64,000 bases of DNA from Paracoccaceae bacterium (GCA_039808285.1 JBDHSQ010000003.1:6249-70248); one strand, 5' to 3'. Numbered from the stretch's first letter, positions 48,745-56,717 are shown. Notes: generated from the letters alone by a model not told the origin. A program made the numbers and translations.

Positions 48745-49377
48745 ATGTCCGACCCGAAACCGACCGATCCCGCGGAAGACGCCGCCCGTCATGCGCAGAA
48801 GATGGCCAAGAAGAAGGCCGCCCGCGACAAGATCATGGCGACAAAGGAGGGCGAGAAGGGCCTGATCATCGTCCATACCGGCGCGGGAAAGGGAAAAAGC
48901 TCGTCCGCCTTCGGAATGATTCTCCGCTGCATCGCCCACGGGATGCCCTGTGCCGTGGTGCAGTTCATCAAGGGCGCCTGGGACACCGGCGAGCGGCGGC
49001 TGATCGAGGGCCATTTCGGCGATCTTTGCCAGTTCCACGCGATGGGCGAGGGCTTCACCTGGGAGACGCAGGACAAGACCCGCGACATCGCCGCCGCCCG
49101 GCGCGGCTGGGAGAAGGCGAAGGAGCTGATCCGCGACGGACGCAACCGGATGGTGCTGCTCGACGAGATCAACATCGCGCTGCGCTACGATTACCTGCCC
49201 GTCGAGGAGGTGGTGGAGTTCCTCAGGGCCGAGAAGCCGGCGATGACCCATGTCGTCCTGACCGGGCGGAACGCCAAGGAGGAGCTGATCGAGCTTGCCG
49301 ATCTGGTGACCGAGATGACGCTGGTGAAGCACCCGTTCCGGTCGGGGATCAAGGGGCAGAAGGGCGTGGAGTTCTGA
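48745..49377 (+). CDS. cobO: Cob(I)yrinic acid a,c-diamide adenosyltransferase
   Basis: ATG at 48745 after GGAAGGG. GLIIVHTGAGKGKSSSAFGM P-loop and VLLDEINIALRY. 210 aa. Confidence 0.92.
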   Translation: MSDPKPTDPAEDAARHAQKMAKKKAARDKIMATKEGEKGLIIVHTGAGKGKSSSAFGMILRCIAHGMPCAVVQFIKGAWDTGERRLIEGHFGDLCQFHAMGEGFTWETQDKTRDIAAARRGWEKAKELIRDGRNRMVLLDEINIALRYDYLPVEEVVEFLRAEKPAMTHVVLTGRNAKEELIELADLVTEMTLVKHPFRSGIKGQKGVEF

Positions 49378-49383
49378 GCGCGA

Positions 49384-49419
49384 CCGGGGGCGCCGCCCCC
49401 GGACCCCCGGAGTATTTTA
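49384..49419 (+). terminator. GC-rich hairpin after cobO followed by a short T-run (weak intrinsic-terminator candidate)
   Basis: CCGGGGGCG-C-CGCCCCCGG at 49384-49402. The T-run (TATTTTA) is about 10 nt downstream rather than adjacent, so confidence is low. Confidence 0.3.
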
Positions 49420-49586
49420 ACCACAATGAAAGAAATGCCGCGTCAGAGTGCAGCCACGGTACAGGCGGGAGCGCCGATGACCGTCCACAGTGAAAGCATC
49501 CCGTTTCCCCGGAGCGATCCGCCCGAAACGGGATGCCGCTGCGGCGCCAGTGTCACCCGCCCTTTCATTGTGGTCCCAAATACTCC
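49409..49586 (+). ncRNA. Unclassified, highly structured 178-nt element in the cobO-cobQ spacer (candidate cis-regulatory leader RNA or intergenic palindromic/MITE-like repeat)
   Basis: Six nested perfect helices read by eye: 49409-17/49578-86 (9 bp), 49421-32/49562-73 (12 bp), 49464-69/49556-61 (6 bp), 49471-75/49543-47 (5 bp), 49496-507/49525-36 (12 bp) and 49510-13/49518-21 capped by GNRA loop GCGA. The ends are AT-rich. Confidence 0.45.
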
Positions 49587-49634
49587 CGCCGGCGGCTCCC
49601 GCACTCGCGGCAAGAGCGACATCGGGGGGGCCGG

Positions 49635-51077
49635 ATGACGGCGCTGATGATCCAGGGCTGCGGCTCGAACGTCGGCAAGTCGCTGATCGTCGCCGGGCTC
49701 TGTCGCGCCGCGCGGCGGCGGGGGCTGGCGGTCGCGCCGTTCAAGCCGCAGAACATGTCGAACAACGCCGCGGTGACGGTGGACGGGGGCGAAATCGGGC
49801 GGGCGCAGGCGTTGCAGGCGCTGGCCGCCGGAGTTGCGCCGCATACAGACATGAATCCGGTCCTCCTGAAGCCCGAGACGGATACCGGTGCCCAGGTGGT
49901 GGTGCAGGGCCGGCGGTCGGCGACCGTGCGCGCCAGGGAGTATCCCGCCCTGAAGGCACAGTTGATGGTGCCGGTGCTTGAAAGCTTCGGGCGGCTGAAG
50001 GCAGCCCATGATCTTGTCATCGTCGAGGGCGCGGGAAGCCCCGCCGAGGTCAACCTGCGCAAGGGCGACATCGCCAACATGGGGTTCGCCCGGGCCGCGG
50101 ACGTGCCGGTGGTGCTGGTGGGCGATATCGACCGGGGCGGCGTCATCGCCCAGATCGTCGGCACGCAGGCTGTGCTCGACCCCGGCGATGCGGCGATGAT
50201 CGAGGGGTTCGTCATCAACAAGTTCCGCGGTGACCCTTCGCTCTTCAGCGATGGCTACCGCCTGATCGAGGCGAAGACCGGGTGGCGCGGCTTCGGCGTC
50301 GTGCCGCATTTCGCGGTGGCGGCGAAGCTTCCGGCAGAAGACGCGCTCGACCTCGGACGCGGGGCGGGGGGTGGGCCGGTGAAGATCGCCTGCCTCGCGT
50401 TCAGCCGCATCGCCAATTTCGACGATCTCGACCCGCTGAAACTGGAACCCGCCGTGACGCTGACGATGGTCCGCGCCGGAGAGCCGATTCCCGGTGACGC
50501 GGCGCTGGTGATTCTGCCGGGGTCGAAGTCGACGCGCGGCGATCTCGCCTTCCTCCGGGCGCAGGGCTGGGACATCGACCTGTCGGCCCACGTGCGGCGG
50601 GGCGGGCATGTGCTTGGCATCTGCGGCGGCTACCAGATGCTCGGGCAGCGGATCGAAGATCCCGAGGGGCTTGAAGGCGCACCCGGCGTCACCGAGGCGC
50701 TGGGGCTTCTCGACCTCTCCACGGTCATGACCCCCGAGAAGCGGCTGACGCGAAGCACCGCCACCCATGCCGCGACCGGCGCGGCGATGGAGGGCTACGA
50801 GATCCATATCGGCCGCACCGAAGGGCCCGGCAGGGAACGGCCCTTCGCCTTCACAGCGGACGCGCCGGAGGGCGCCGTTTCGCCCGACGGCCGGATCATC
50901 GGCAGCTACCTGCACGGCATGTTCGCGGGCGATGCCTTCCGCTCGGCGTTCCTCGCCCGGCTCGGTGCCTCGGCGGCGGCACAGTACGGCGCCGAGGTGG
51001 AGGCCACGCTCGACGCGCTGGCCGACCACCTCGAGGCGCATCTCGATGTGGAGGGGCTTCTGGGGCTGGCACGCTGA
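49635..51077 (+). CDS. cobQ: Cobyric acid synthase
   Basis: ATG at 49635. [33 protein letters not shown] and a C-terminal GATase ([10 protein letters not shown]). 480 aa. Confidence 0.93.
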   Translation: MTALMIQGCGSNVGKSLIVAGLCRAARRRGLAVAPFKPQNMSNNAAVTVDGGEIGRAQALQALAAGVAPHTDMNPVLLKPETDTGAQVVVQGRRSATVRAREYPALKAQLMVPVLESFGRLKAAHDLVIVEGAGSPAEVNLRKGDIANMGFARAADVPVVLVGDIDRGGVIAQIVGTQAVLDPGDAAMIEGFVINKFRGDPSLFSDGYRLIEAKTGWRGFGVVPHFAVAAKLPAEDALDLGRGAGGGPVKIACLAFSRIANFDDLDPLKLEPAVTLTMVRAGEPIPGDAALVILPGSKSTRGDLAFLRAQGWDIDLSAHVRRGGHVLGICGGYQMLGQRIEDPEGLEGAPGVTEALGLLDLSTVMTPEKRLTRSTATHAATGAAMEGYEIHIGRTEGPGRERPFAFTADAPEGAVSPDGRIIGSYLHGMFAGDAFRSAFLARLGASAAAQYGAEVEATLDALADHLEAHLDVEGLLGLAR

Positions 51078-51086
51078 GAGGCTGCG

Positions 51087-52052
51087 TCAGGCCATCGCGG
51101 CGGCGAGCCGATCCCATTCGGGCTCGCCCCCCGGCAGGCCGAGGCGGAGCCAGGTTGCCGAATAGGGGAAGATGCGCGACCAGATCCGCGCGCGTGCCAA
51201 CCGATCCTGCGCGCGTGCCGCGTCCTGTGTGTCGTAAAGCCGGAAGAGGGAGGAACCCCCGGCGAGGCGCCAGCCCGCCCGCGCAGCCAGCGAATCCATC
51301 CGCCGGCCGTCCGCGGCCAACCGGTTGGCGGTCTGCGCGGCCCATGCGTCATCGGCAAGCGCCACGGCGCCGATCGCGATGGCTGCACCGCTCACCGGCC
51401 AGGGTCCGGCCGTCGCGGCCAGGGTGTTGATGTCGACCTCGGCCCCCAGCACGAAGCCGAGGCGGACCCCCGCCAGCCCATAGAACTTTCCGAACGACCG
51501 CAACACCATAAGGCCGGGGGTCGCCGGGCCGGAGGCCAGGGAGAGGCCGGGCGTCGCATCCGCGAAGCTTTCGTCGACGACGAGGCGGCCGGTGGTGCGG
51601 GCGATGTCCCTGACCCTGTCGGGCGAAAGGCAGCGGCCATCGGGGTTGTTGGGGTTCACGACGACGGCGAGATCGACCCCTGCGAGCGCAGCGGGCTCCG
51701 CCACCTCCTCGACGGCCCAGCCGGCGGCGCGGAGCGCGGCCGCATGTTCGTTGTAGGTCGGCGCGAGCACGCGGGCGCGGCCGGGCGGGCAAAGGCGCGG
51801 AATCATCTGGATTGCCGCCTGCGCGCCCGCCACAGGCAGAATCGCGGCCCCAGTCCGATAGGCCGCGCGCGCGGCGGCGCAGAGGCGTGCCTGTGCAGCC
51901 CGTGTCGGAAGCGCCGTCCAGGCGTCGGGCGGGATCGGCGGGAGCGGATAGGGAACGCGGTTGATGCCCGTCGAGAGATCGATCCAGTCCTCGGGCGCTC
52001 CACCATACCGCGCCATTGCCGCGTCGATGTTGCCTCCGTGGTCCCGCATCAT
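51087..52052 (-). CDS. cobC: L-threonine-O-3-phosphate decarboxylase (PLP; CobC in P. denitrificans naming, CobD in Salmonella naming)
   Basis: HGGNIDAAMARYGG N-terminus and a class I/II aminotransferase fold (NPNNPDG, SFGKFYGLAGVRLG). ATG at 52052; the ORF-track start at 52061 is a TTG. Confidence 0.85.
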   Translation of the reverse strand: MMRDHGGNIDAAMARYGGAPEDWIDLSTGINRVPYPLPPIPPDAWTALPTRAAQARLCAAARAAYRTGAAILPVAGAQAAIQMIPRLCPPGRARVLAPTYNEHAAALRAAGWAVEEVAEPAALAGVDLAVVVNPNNPDGRCLSPDRVRDIARTTGRLVVDESFADATPGLSLASGPATPGLMVLRSFGKFYGLAGVRLGFVLGAEVDINTLAATAGPWPVSGAAIAIGAVALADDAWAAQTANRLAADGRRMDSLAARAGWRLAGGSSLFRLYDTQDAARAQDRLARARIWSRIFPYSATWLRLGLPGGEPEWDRLAAAMA

Positions 52053-52057
52053 CCGGC

Positions 52058-52999
52058 TCAAGCCGCCGACAGCGCGGCGAGAAGCAGCGCGAGCGCGAGA
52101 GTGACGAAGCGGAACAGGCGAAGCGCCCTGACGATGTCGGCCGCCTGCGGATCGGCTGCGCCTTCGTTCAGCCAGGGCTCATCGGCGACACGGTCATGAT
52201 AGACCCGCGGCCCCGACAGCCGGATCTCCAGCGCGCCGGCAAGCGCCGCCTCGGGCCAGCCTGCGTTCGGCGACCGGTGCCGCAGCGCGTCTCGCCACAT
52301 CGTCGCGAGCGCGGCGCGCGGGCGGGTCGAGACCAGCGCGAAAAGCAGCCCCGTGAGCCGCGCCGGAATGAGGTTCGCCAGGTCGTCGATCCGGGCCGAG
52401 GCCCAGCCGAAGGCACTGTAGCGCGGGGTTCGGTGGCCGATCATCGAATCGAGCGTATTGATCGCCTTGTAGGCGGCGATTCCAGGAAGCCCGAAGAGGA
52501 CACCCCAGAAGACCGGGGCAACGACGGCGTCCGAAGTGTTCTCGGCCAGGCTTTCCAGCGTTGCCCGCGCGATCGCCTCGCGGCCAAGCTGTTCGGGATC
52601 GCGGCCGACGATCATCGAAACGGCGCGGCGCGCGGCGGGAAGGTCGCCGTTGCCGAGCGGCAGGGCGACGGCCCGCACATGATCGCGCAGCGATCGCACC
52701 GCGACGAGCGGCCATGCCAGCACACCTGTCAGCACGACGCCCGGCCAGCCATCGGGCAGAAGCCAGGTCAGCACCCAGGCGATTTCGGCGGCGGCACCGA
52801 TCACCACCGCCGCCGCCACCACGCCAGCGACCCGCCGGGCGCCTTCATCGGCGCCATCGAGGTTGATCCAGCGATCGAGCGCGGCGATGAGACGGCCGAG
52901 CCAGGTGACGGGATGACCGACCGCCCGGAAGACCGCGTTGGGCCAGCCGAGCACGCTGTCAAGGCCGAGCGCCACGAGCATCATCATTGCGCCGGTCAT
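52058..52999 (-). CDS. cobD: Adenosylcobinamide-phosphate synthase (CbiB; CobD in P. denitrificans naming)
   Basis: 313 aa membrane protein with LDSVLGWPN...HPVTWLGRLI and NTSDAVVAPVFW. ATGA overlap with the upstream gene. Confidence 0.9.
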   Translation of the reverse strand: MTGAMMMLVALGLDSVLGWPNAVFRAVGHPVTWLGRLIAALDRWINLDGADEGARRVAGVVAAAVVIGAAAEIAWVLTWLLPDGWPGVVLTGVLAWPLVAVRSLRDHVRAVALPLGNGDLPAARRAVSMIVGRDPEQLGREAIARATLESLAENTSDAVVAPVFWGVLFGLPGIAAYKAINTLDSMIGHRTPRYSAFGWASARIDDLANLIPARLTGLLFALVSTRPRAALATMWRDALRHRSPNAGWPEAALAGALEIRLSGPRVYHDRVADEPWLNEGAADPQAADIVRALRLFRFVTLALALLLAALSAA

Positions 53000-53817
53000 A
53001 CCCTTGCCCCTACCTGAAACCGGACGATTCCTCTCAGGCCGGCGGCGCGCAGGGCGTCTGCAGCGGCCTTGGGGATTCGTCCGGGCACGAATAGCAGGCC
53101 GCGCGCGGAACCGGTATGGCCGATGACGAAGCCGGCCGCCCCGAGATCGCGCGCCAGCGCGTCGGTCGGGTCGCCCTCCGGGCCGCGCAGGGCGAGCGTG
53201 CGACGGGCCGAAGCGGCGGCGATCTCTGCGAGTGCCTCCGCCCTTCCTGCACGCGCCGCGGCAATCCAGCCCTCGACCAGGTCACCGATGTCCGGGAAGT
53301 TCAGGTCGCCCGCATCCGTGCGCCGCCCGGGGCCGAGAAACCCGCCGATCACGTCGATGCGTGGCAGGGCCGGAAGGCGGCGCAGCACCCGCCCCTCGCG
53401 CGAGGCCCAGAGAAGCCTCTCGGGTTCGGGAAACATCAGCGGGTCGCTTGCGCCTTCGGCGTCGATGCAGGCCCGCGCGATCGTCTCCGGCGGATCGTCG
53501 GCCCCGGCGAGACGGGCGAGCGCGACGAGCGTAGCGGTGGAGGCCCCCGCCCCGCCGCCGGCGGGCATCGCGGCGCTGAGGCGCACCCGGCCCGACAGGC
53601 CCAGACCGAGACGCGCGACGAAACGTCGCGCCCGTTCGGGTGTGACCAGGCGCTGCCCGCTGCCGTGGATGGAAAGCCCCGCACCGGGGCGGTGCCAGCC
53701 CGCGACCGCAACCGCCGGGCAGGGAACCGAGATCAGCGCGACCGGCCCGCCAGAGCCGATCCGGCCCTGCAAGAACTCGCCGAGGTGGCCCGCGACCCGG
53801 ATCTGCGGCGCGCTCAC
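52996..53817 (-). CDS. bluE: GHMP-kinase-like protein, putative L-threonine kinase (BluE/PduX-like)
   Basis: The GTG at 53817 overlaps the upstream stop (GTGA). 273 aa with the GHMP motif MPAGGGAGASTATLVA. Its position upstream of cobD-cobC matches the blu operon order as I recall it. Confidence 0.6.
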   Translation of the reverse strand: MSAPQIRVAGHLGEFLQGRIGSGGPVALISVPCPAVAVAGWHRPGAGLSIHGSGQRLVTPERARRFVARLGLGLSGRVRLSAAMPAGGGAGASTATLVALARLAGADDPPETIARACIDAEGASDPLMFPEPERLLWASREGRVLRRLPALPRIDVIGGFLGPGRRTDAGDLNFPDIGDLVEGWIAAARAGRAEALAEIAAASARRTLALRGPEGDPTDALARDLGAAGFVIGHTGSARGLLFVPGRIPKAAADALRAAGLRGIVRFQVGARV

Positions 53818-54389
53818 GCCGGGCCCCAGTTGACCGCGCCTATCGACCACCCGGCACCGGGCGCGGCCCGAAGCTGGGTGAGCGACAGCGGCGCCACCTC
53901 GAAGGCCAGCGCCGGAGGCACCGCGCCGAGGGCAAGCGCGAGGGCCGCGCGCACCGTCCCGGCATGGGCCACGATGGTCACGCGGCCGCCATCGGCAAGG
54001 CGCGTCAGCGCGGGCAGGGTCCGGGCGCAGAGATCGGCGAAACTCTCGCCCTCCGGCGGGCGGTGACGGACGAGATCGTCGGGCGACAGCGGACCGAGAT
54101 CGGGGATGCCGCCCGCCGCCATCCCGTCCCAGACACCGAAATCCTGTTCCCACAGCGCCGGGTCGGCCTCGGGGGTTGTCGCGGGCCAGAGGGCCGCCGC
54201 GGTCTGGCGGCAGCGCAGCGCGGGGCTCGTGACGATCCGCCCCGGCGCGCCGATCGCCGCGCGCAGCGCCGCGATGCGGGTGGTGTCGGAACAGTCGGCC
54301 GGCACATCCGTCCGGCCGCAGAGCCGCCCGCCCGTCAGCGCGGGCGCATGACGGATCAGGATCAGCTCTGTCGCGGCATCGGCGCCCAC
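53814..54389 (-). CDS. Histidine phosphatase family protein, putative alpha-ribazole-5'-phosphate / AdoCbl-5'-P phosphatase
   Basis: GTG at 54389 with GGGAGAA 8 nt upstream. LILIRHAPALTGGRLCGRTD (RHG-type motif) and a later VAHAGTVRA. 191 aa. Confidence 0.7.
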   Translation of the reverse strand: MGADAATELILIRHAPALTGGRLCGRTDVPADCSDTTRIAALRAAIGAPGRIVTSPALRCRQTAAALWPATTPEADPALWEQDFGVWDGMAAGGIPDLGPLSPDDLVRHRPPEGESFADLCARTLPALTRLADGGRVTIVAHAGTVRAALALALGAVPPALAFEVAPLSLTQLRAAPGAGWSIGAVNWGPA

Positions 54390-54440
54390 CGTCGCATTCT
54401 CCCTTTCACGGACGGCCCGTTTCTGCTTTGAGAGCGAGCC

Positions 54441-54947
54441 ATGAGCAAGACGATACTCATCACAGGAGGCGCCCGGTCGGGCAAAAGCGGCATCGCCGAG
54501 ACGATGGCGCTGTCGTTCGGGCGGCCCGCCGTCTACATCGCCACGGCCGAAGCCCACGATGCAGAGATGGCGGCGCGGATCGCCGCCCACCAGGCGCGGC
54601 GGGGGCAGGAGTGGCGGACCCACGCCGAGCCGCGCGCGCTGGTGGCAGCCCTTGGCGTAACCGACGGGAAAGGCCCCCGGCTTGTCGACTGCCTGACGCT
54701 GTGGCTGACGAACCTGATGCTCGCCGAGGCCGACTGGCGGGCCGCGGGGCGGGCGCTGGTCGCCGCCCTGCCCGCCCAGCGCGATCCGGTCGTGATCGTG
54801 ACCAACGAGGTCGGCATGGGCATCGTTCCCGACAATCCGCTCGCCCGCGCCTTCCGCGATGCGGCGGGTCTTCTGAACCAATGGGTCGCGAAAGCGGCCG
54901 ACGAAGTCTACCTGGCCGTCTCGGGCCTTCCCCTGAAAGTGAAATGA
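54441..54947 (+). CDS. cobP: Bifunctional adenosylcobinamide kinase / adenosylcobinamide-phosphate guanylyltransferase
   Basis: 168 aa with the ILITGGARSGKSGIAE P-loop and TNEVGMGIVPDN. Confidence 0.92.
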   Translation: MSKTILITGGARSGKSGIAETMALSFGRPAVYIATAEAHDAEMAARIAAHQARRGQEWRTHAEPRALVAALGVTDGKGPRLVDCLTLWLTNLMLAEADWRAAGRALVAALPAQRDPVVIVTNEVGMGIVPDNPLARAFRDAAGLLNQWVAKAADEVYLAVSGLPLKVK

Positions 54948-54948
54948 C

Positions 54949-55968
54949 ATGAGCCTCCCGCGCATCTCCTCGCTGTCCCGGCTTGCCGATCTTGCCGACC
55001 GGCTGCCCGTTGCCGACACGCAGGCGGCGGAGGCGGCGCGGGCGCGGCAGAACACGCTGACCAAGCCCCCGGGCTCGCTTGGCCGGCTGGAGCAGATCGC
55101 AGAATTCATGGCCGCGTGGCGCGGCACCGCGCGGCCCGAGATCCGCAATGCCCAGGCGCTGGTCTTCGCGGGAAACCACGGCATCTGCGCGCAGGGGGTG
55201 AATCCCTATCCGCAGGATGTGACGGCGCAGATGGTCGCCAACTTCCGCGCCGGCGGGGCCGCGATCAACCAGATTTGCGCGCTGAACGGCGCCGATCTTT
55301 CGGTCATCGCGCTGGAGCTGGACCGGCCCACAGAAGACTTCACCGCCGGGCCGGCGATGGGCGAGGTGGACTGTCTCGACGCGCTCTGGCAGGGGGCGGC
55401 GGCGGTCGATGGGGGTGCCGACATCCTGATCCTGGGCGAGATGGGCATCGGCAATTCCACCGTCGCGGCGGCGCTGGCCGCGGCCTGTTTCGGCGGGCCG
55501 GTGGCCGAGTGGGTCGGTCCCGGAACAGGCTCTGACAAGGCCGGACTTGCGCGAAAGATCGACGCGATCGAACGCGGGCTGAAGCGGCACGCGGGTGTCC
55601 TCGGCCATGCCGGGGGCGTGCTCGCGGCCCTCGGCGGTCGCGAACAGGCAGCGATCTGCGGCGCGGTTCTGGCGGCGCGGGCAGAACGCATCCCGGTGAT
55701 CCTCGACGGGTTCATCTGCACCGCTGCGGCCGCCGTGCTCTATGCCGCAGACAAGCGGCTGCTGGATCATTGCCTTGTCGGCCACACCTCGGCCGAACCG
55801 GGCCACCGCAAGCTTCTGGCCGCGATCCACAAGCGCCCGGTTCTGGAGTTCGACATGCGGCTTGGTGAAGGTTCCGGCGCGGCACTCGCCCTCGGGATCG
55901 TGCGCGCGGCGCTTGCCTGTCACAACGGCATGGCGACTTTCGGCGAGGCCGGAGTGTCCGAGGCATGA
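54949..55968 (+). CDS. cobT: Nicotinate-nucleotide--dimethylbenzimidazole phosphoribosyltransferase
   Basis: 339 aa with LTKPPGSLGRLE, GEMGIGNST and GEGSGAALA. It starts 1 nt after the cobP stop. Confidence 0.92.
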   Translation: MSLPRISSLSRLADLADRLPVADTQAAEAARARQNTLTKPPGSLGRLEQIAEFMAAWRGTARPEIRNAQALVFAGNHGICAQGVNPYPQDVTAQMVANFRAGGAAINQICALNGADLSVIALELDRPTEDFTAGPAMGEVDCLDALWQGAAAVDGGADILILGEMGIGNSTVAAALAAACFGGPVAEWVGPGTGSDKAGLARKIDAIERGLKRHAGVLGHAGGVLAALGGREQAAICGAVLAARAERIPVILDGFICTAAAAVLYAADKRLLDHCLVGHTSAEPGHRKLLAAIHKRPVLEFDMRLGEGSGAALALGIVRAALACHNGMATFGEAGVSEA

Positions 55969-56717
55969 ACGGGGGGCGGGCGGACGAGCTGCGGCTTGCG
56001 TTCCTCCTGCTCACGCGTCTGCCCGTCCCTCCGATCGCCGGCGAGGCGCCGGCGATGGCGGCTTCATCCTGGGCCTGGCCCGTCGTCGGGCTGGCCGTCG
56101 GCGGGATTTCGGCGCTCGTCTGCATCGCCGCGCTTGCGATCGGACTGCCACCGGTCATGGCGGCGATCTTTGCGCTGGCGGCGGGCGTACTGGCGACGGG
56201 CGGAATGCACGAGGACGGGCTGGCCGACCTCGCCGACGGCTTCGGCGGAGGACGGACCCGCGAACGCAAGCTCGAGATCATGCACGACAGCCGCATCGGC
56301 TCCTACGGGGTGATCGCACTGATCCTGGCGCTCGGTTTCCGGGTCGCGGCGATCGCCACCTTGATCGGAGAGGACGGGCCGGTCTTCGCACTCGCCGCGC
56401 TGGCGGCGGCCTCGCGTGCGGCGCTGCCGGCGGCGATCGTCCTGATGCCCGCGGCACGGGGTGACGGGTTGGGCCGCGCGGCCGTGGGAATCGACCCTGT
56501 TCCGGCCCGCGCCGCCGCTGCGATCGGATTTCTCTGCCTGATGCCGCTCGGCTTCGGCGCGGCGGTCCTCACCGCGGCGGCGGTCGCCCTCGCTTCCCTC
56601 GTTGTCGCGTGGCTGGCGATGCGCCAGATCGGCGGGCAGACCGGCGATGTTCTCGGCGCGATGCAGTATGTGGCCGAATGTGCGGGCTGGGCTGCAATCG
56701 TTGTCGTTATCGTTTGA
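55965..56717 (+). CDS. cobS: Adenosylcobinamide-GDP ribazoletransferase (cobalamin synthase; CobV in P. denitrificans naming)
   Basis: 250 aa polytopic membrane protein with FLLLTRLPV, HEDGLADLADG and QTGDVLGA. ATGA overlap with cobT. Confidence 0.9.
   Translation: MNGGRADELRLAFLLLTRLPVPPIAGEAPAMAASSWAWPVVGLAVGGISALVCIAALAIGLPPVMAAIFALAAGVLATGGMHEDGLADLADGFGGGRTRERKLEIMHDSRIGSYGVIALILALGFRVAAIATLIGEDGPVFALAALAAASRAALPAAIVLMPAARGDGLGRAAVGIDPVPARAAAAIGFLCLMPLGFGAAVLTAAAVALASLVVAWLAMRQIGGQTGDVLGAMQYVAECAGWAAIVVVIV

Noticed and set aside
49384-49419. Calling a confident Rho-independent terminator after cobO.
   Set aside because: The GC palindrome is strong, but its loop would be tiny and the T-run is short and displaced by about 10 nt. 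It is kept only as a low-confidence feature.
49409-49586. Reading the cobO-cobQ element as a third cobalamin riboswitch.
   Set aside because: It lacks the B12-box (AG.CAGGAGACC.GCC), the AA..GGGAA block, the GGTG...CC pairing and CCCGC-ACTGTA. All of these are obvious in the two genuine riboswitches in this window. Only loose resemblances exist (GCCACGG, GGGAGCGC). It is kept as an unclassified element instead.
52996-55184. 5' extensions of real genes in the ORF track. Examples: 52996..54153, 53814..55184, 13149..15851, 21983..23686, 23164..24723, 25960..27954, 39588..40538, 48223..49377, 49533..51077 and 880..2313.
   Set aside because: The extensions run through the preceding gene or the divergent gene and have junk-like composition. 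Internal ATG/GTG codons with Shine-Dalgarno-like sequences, or 4-nt stop/start overlaps, give protein lengths and N-termini that match the families.
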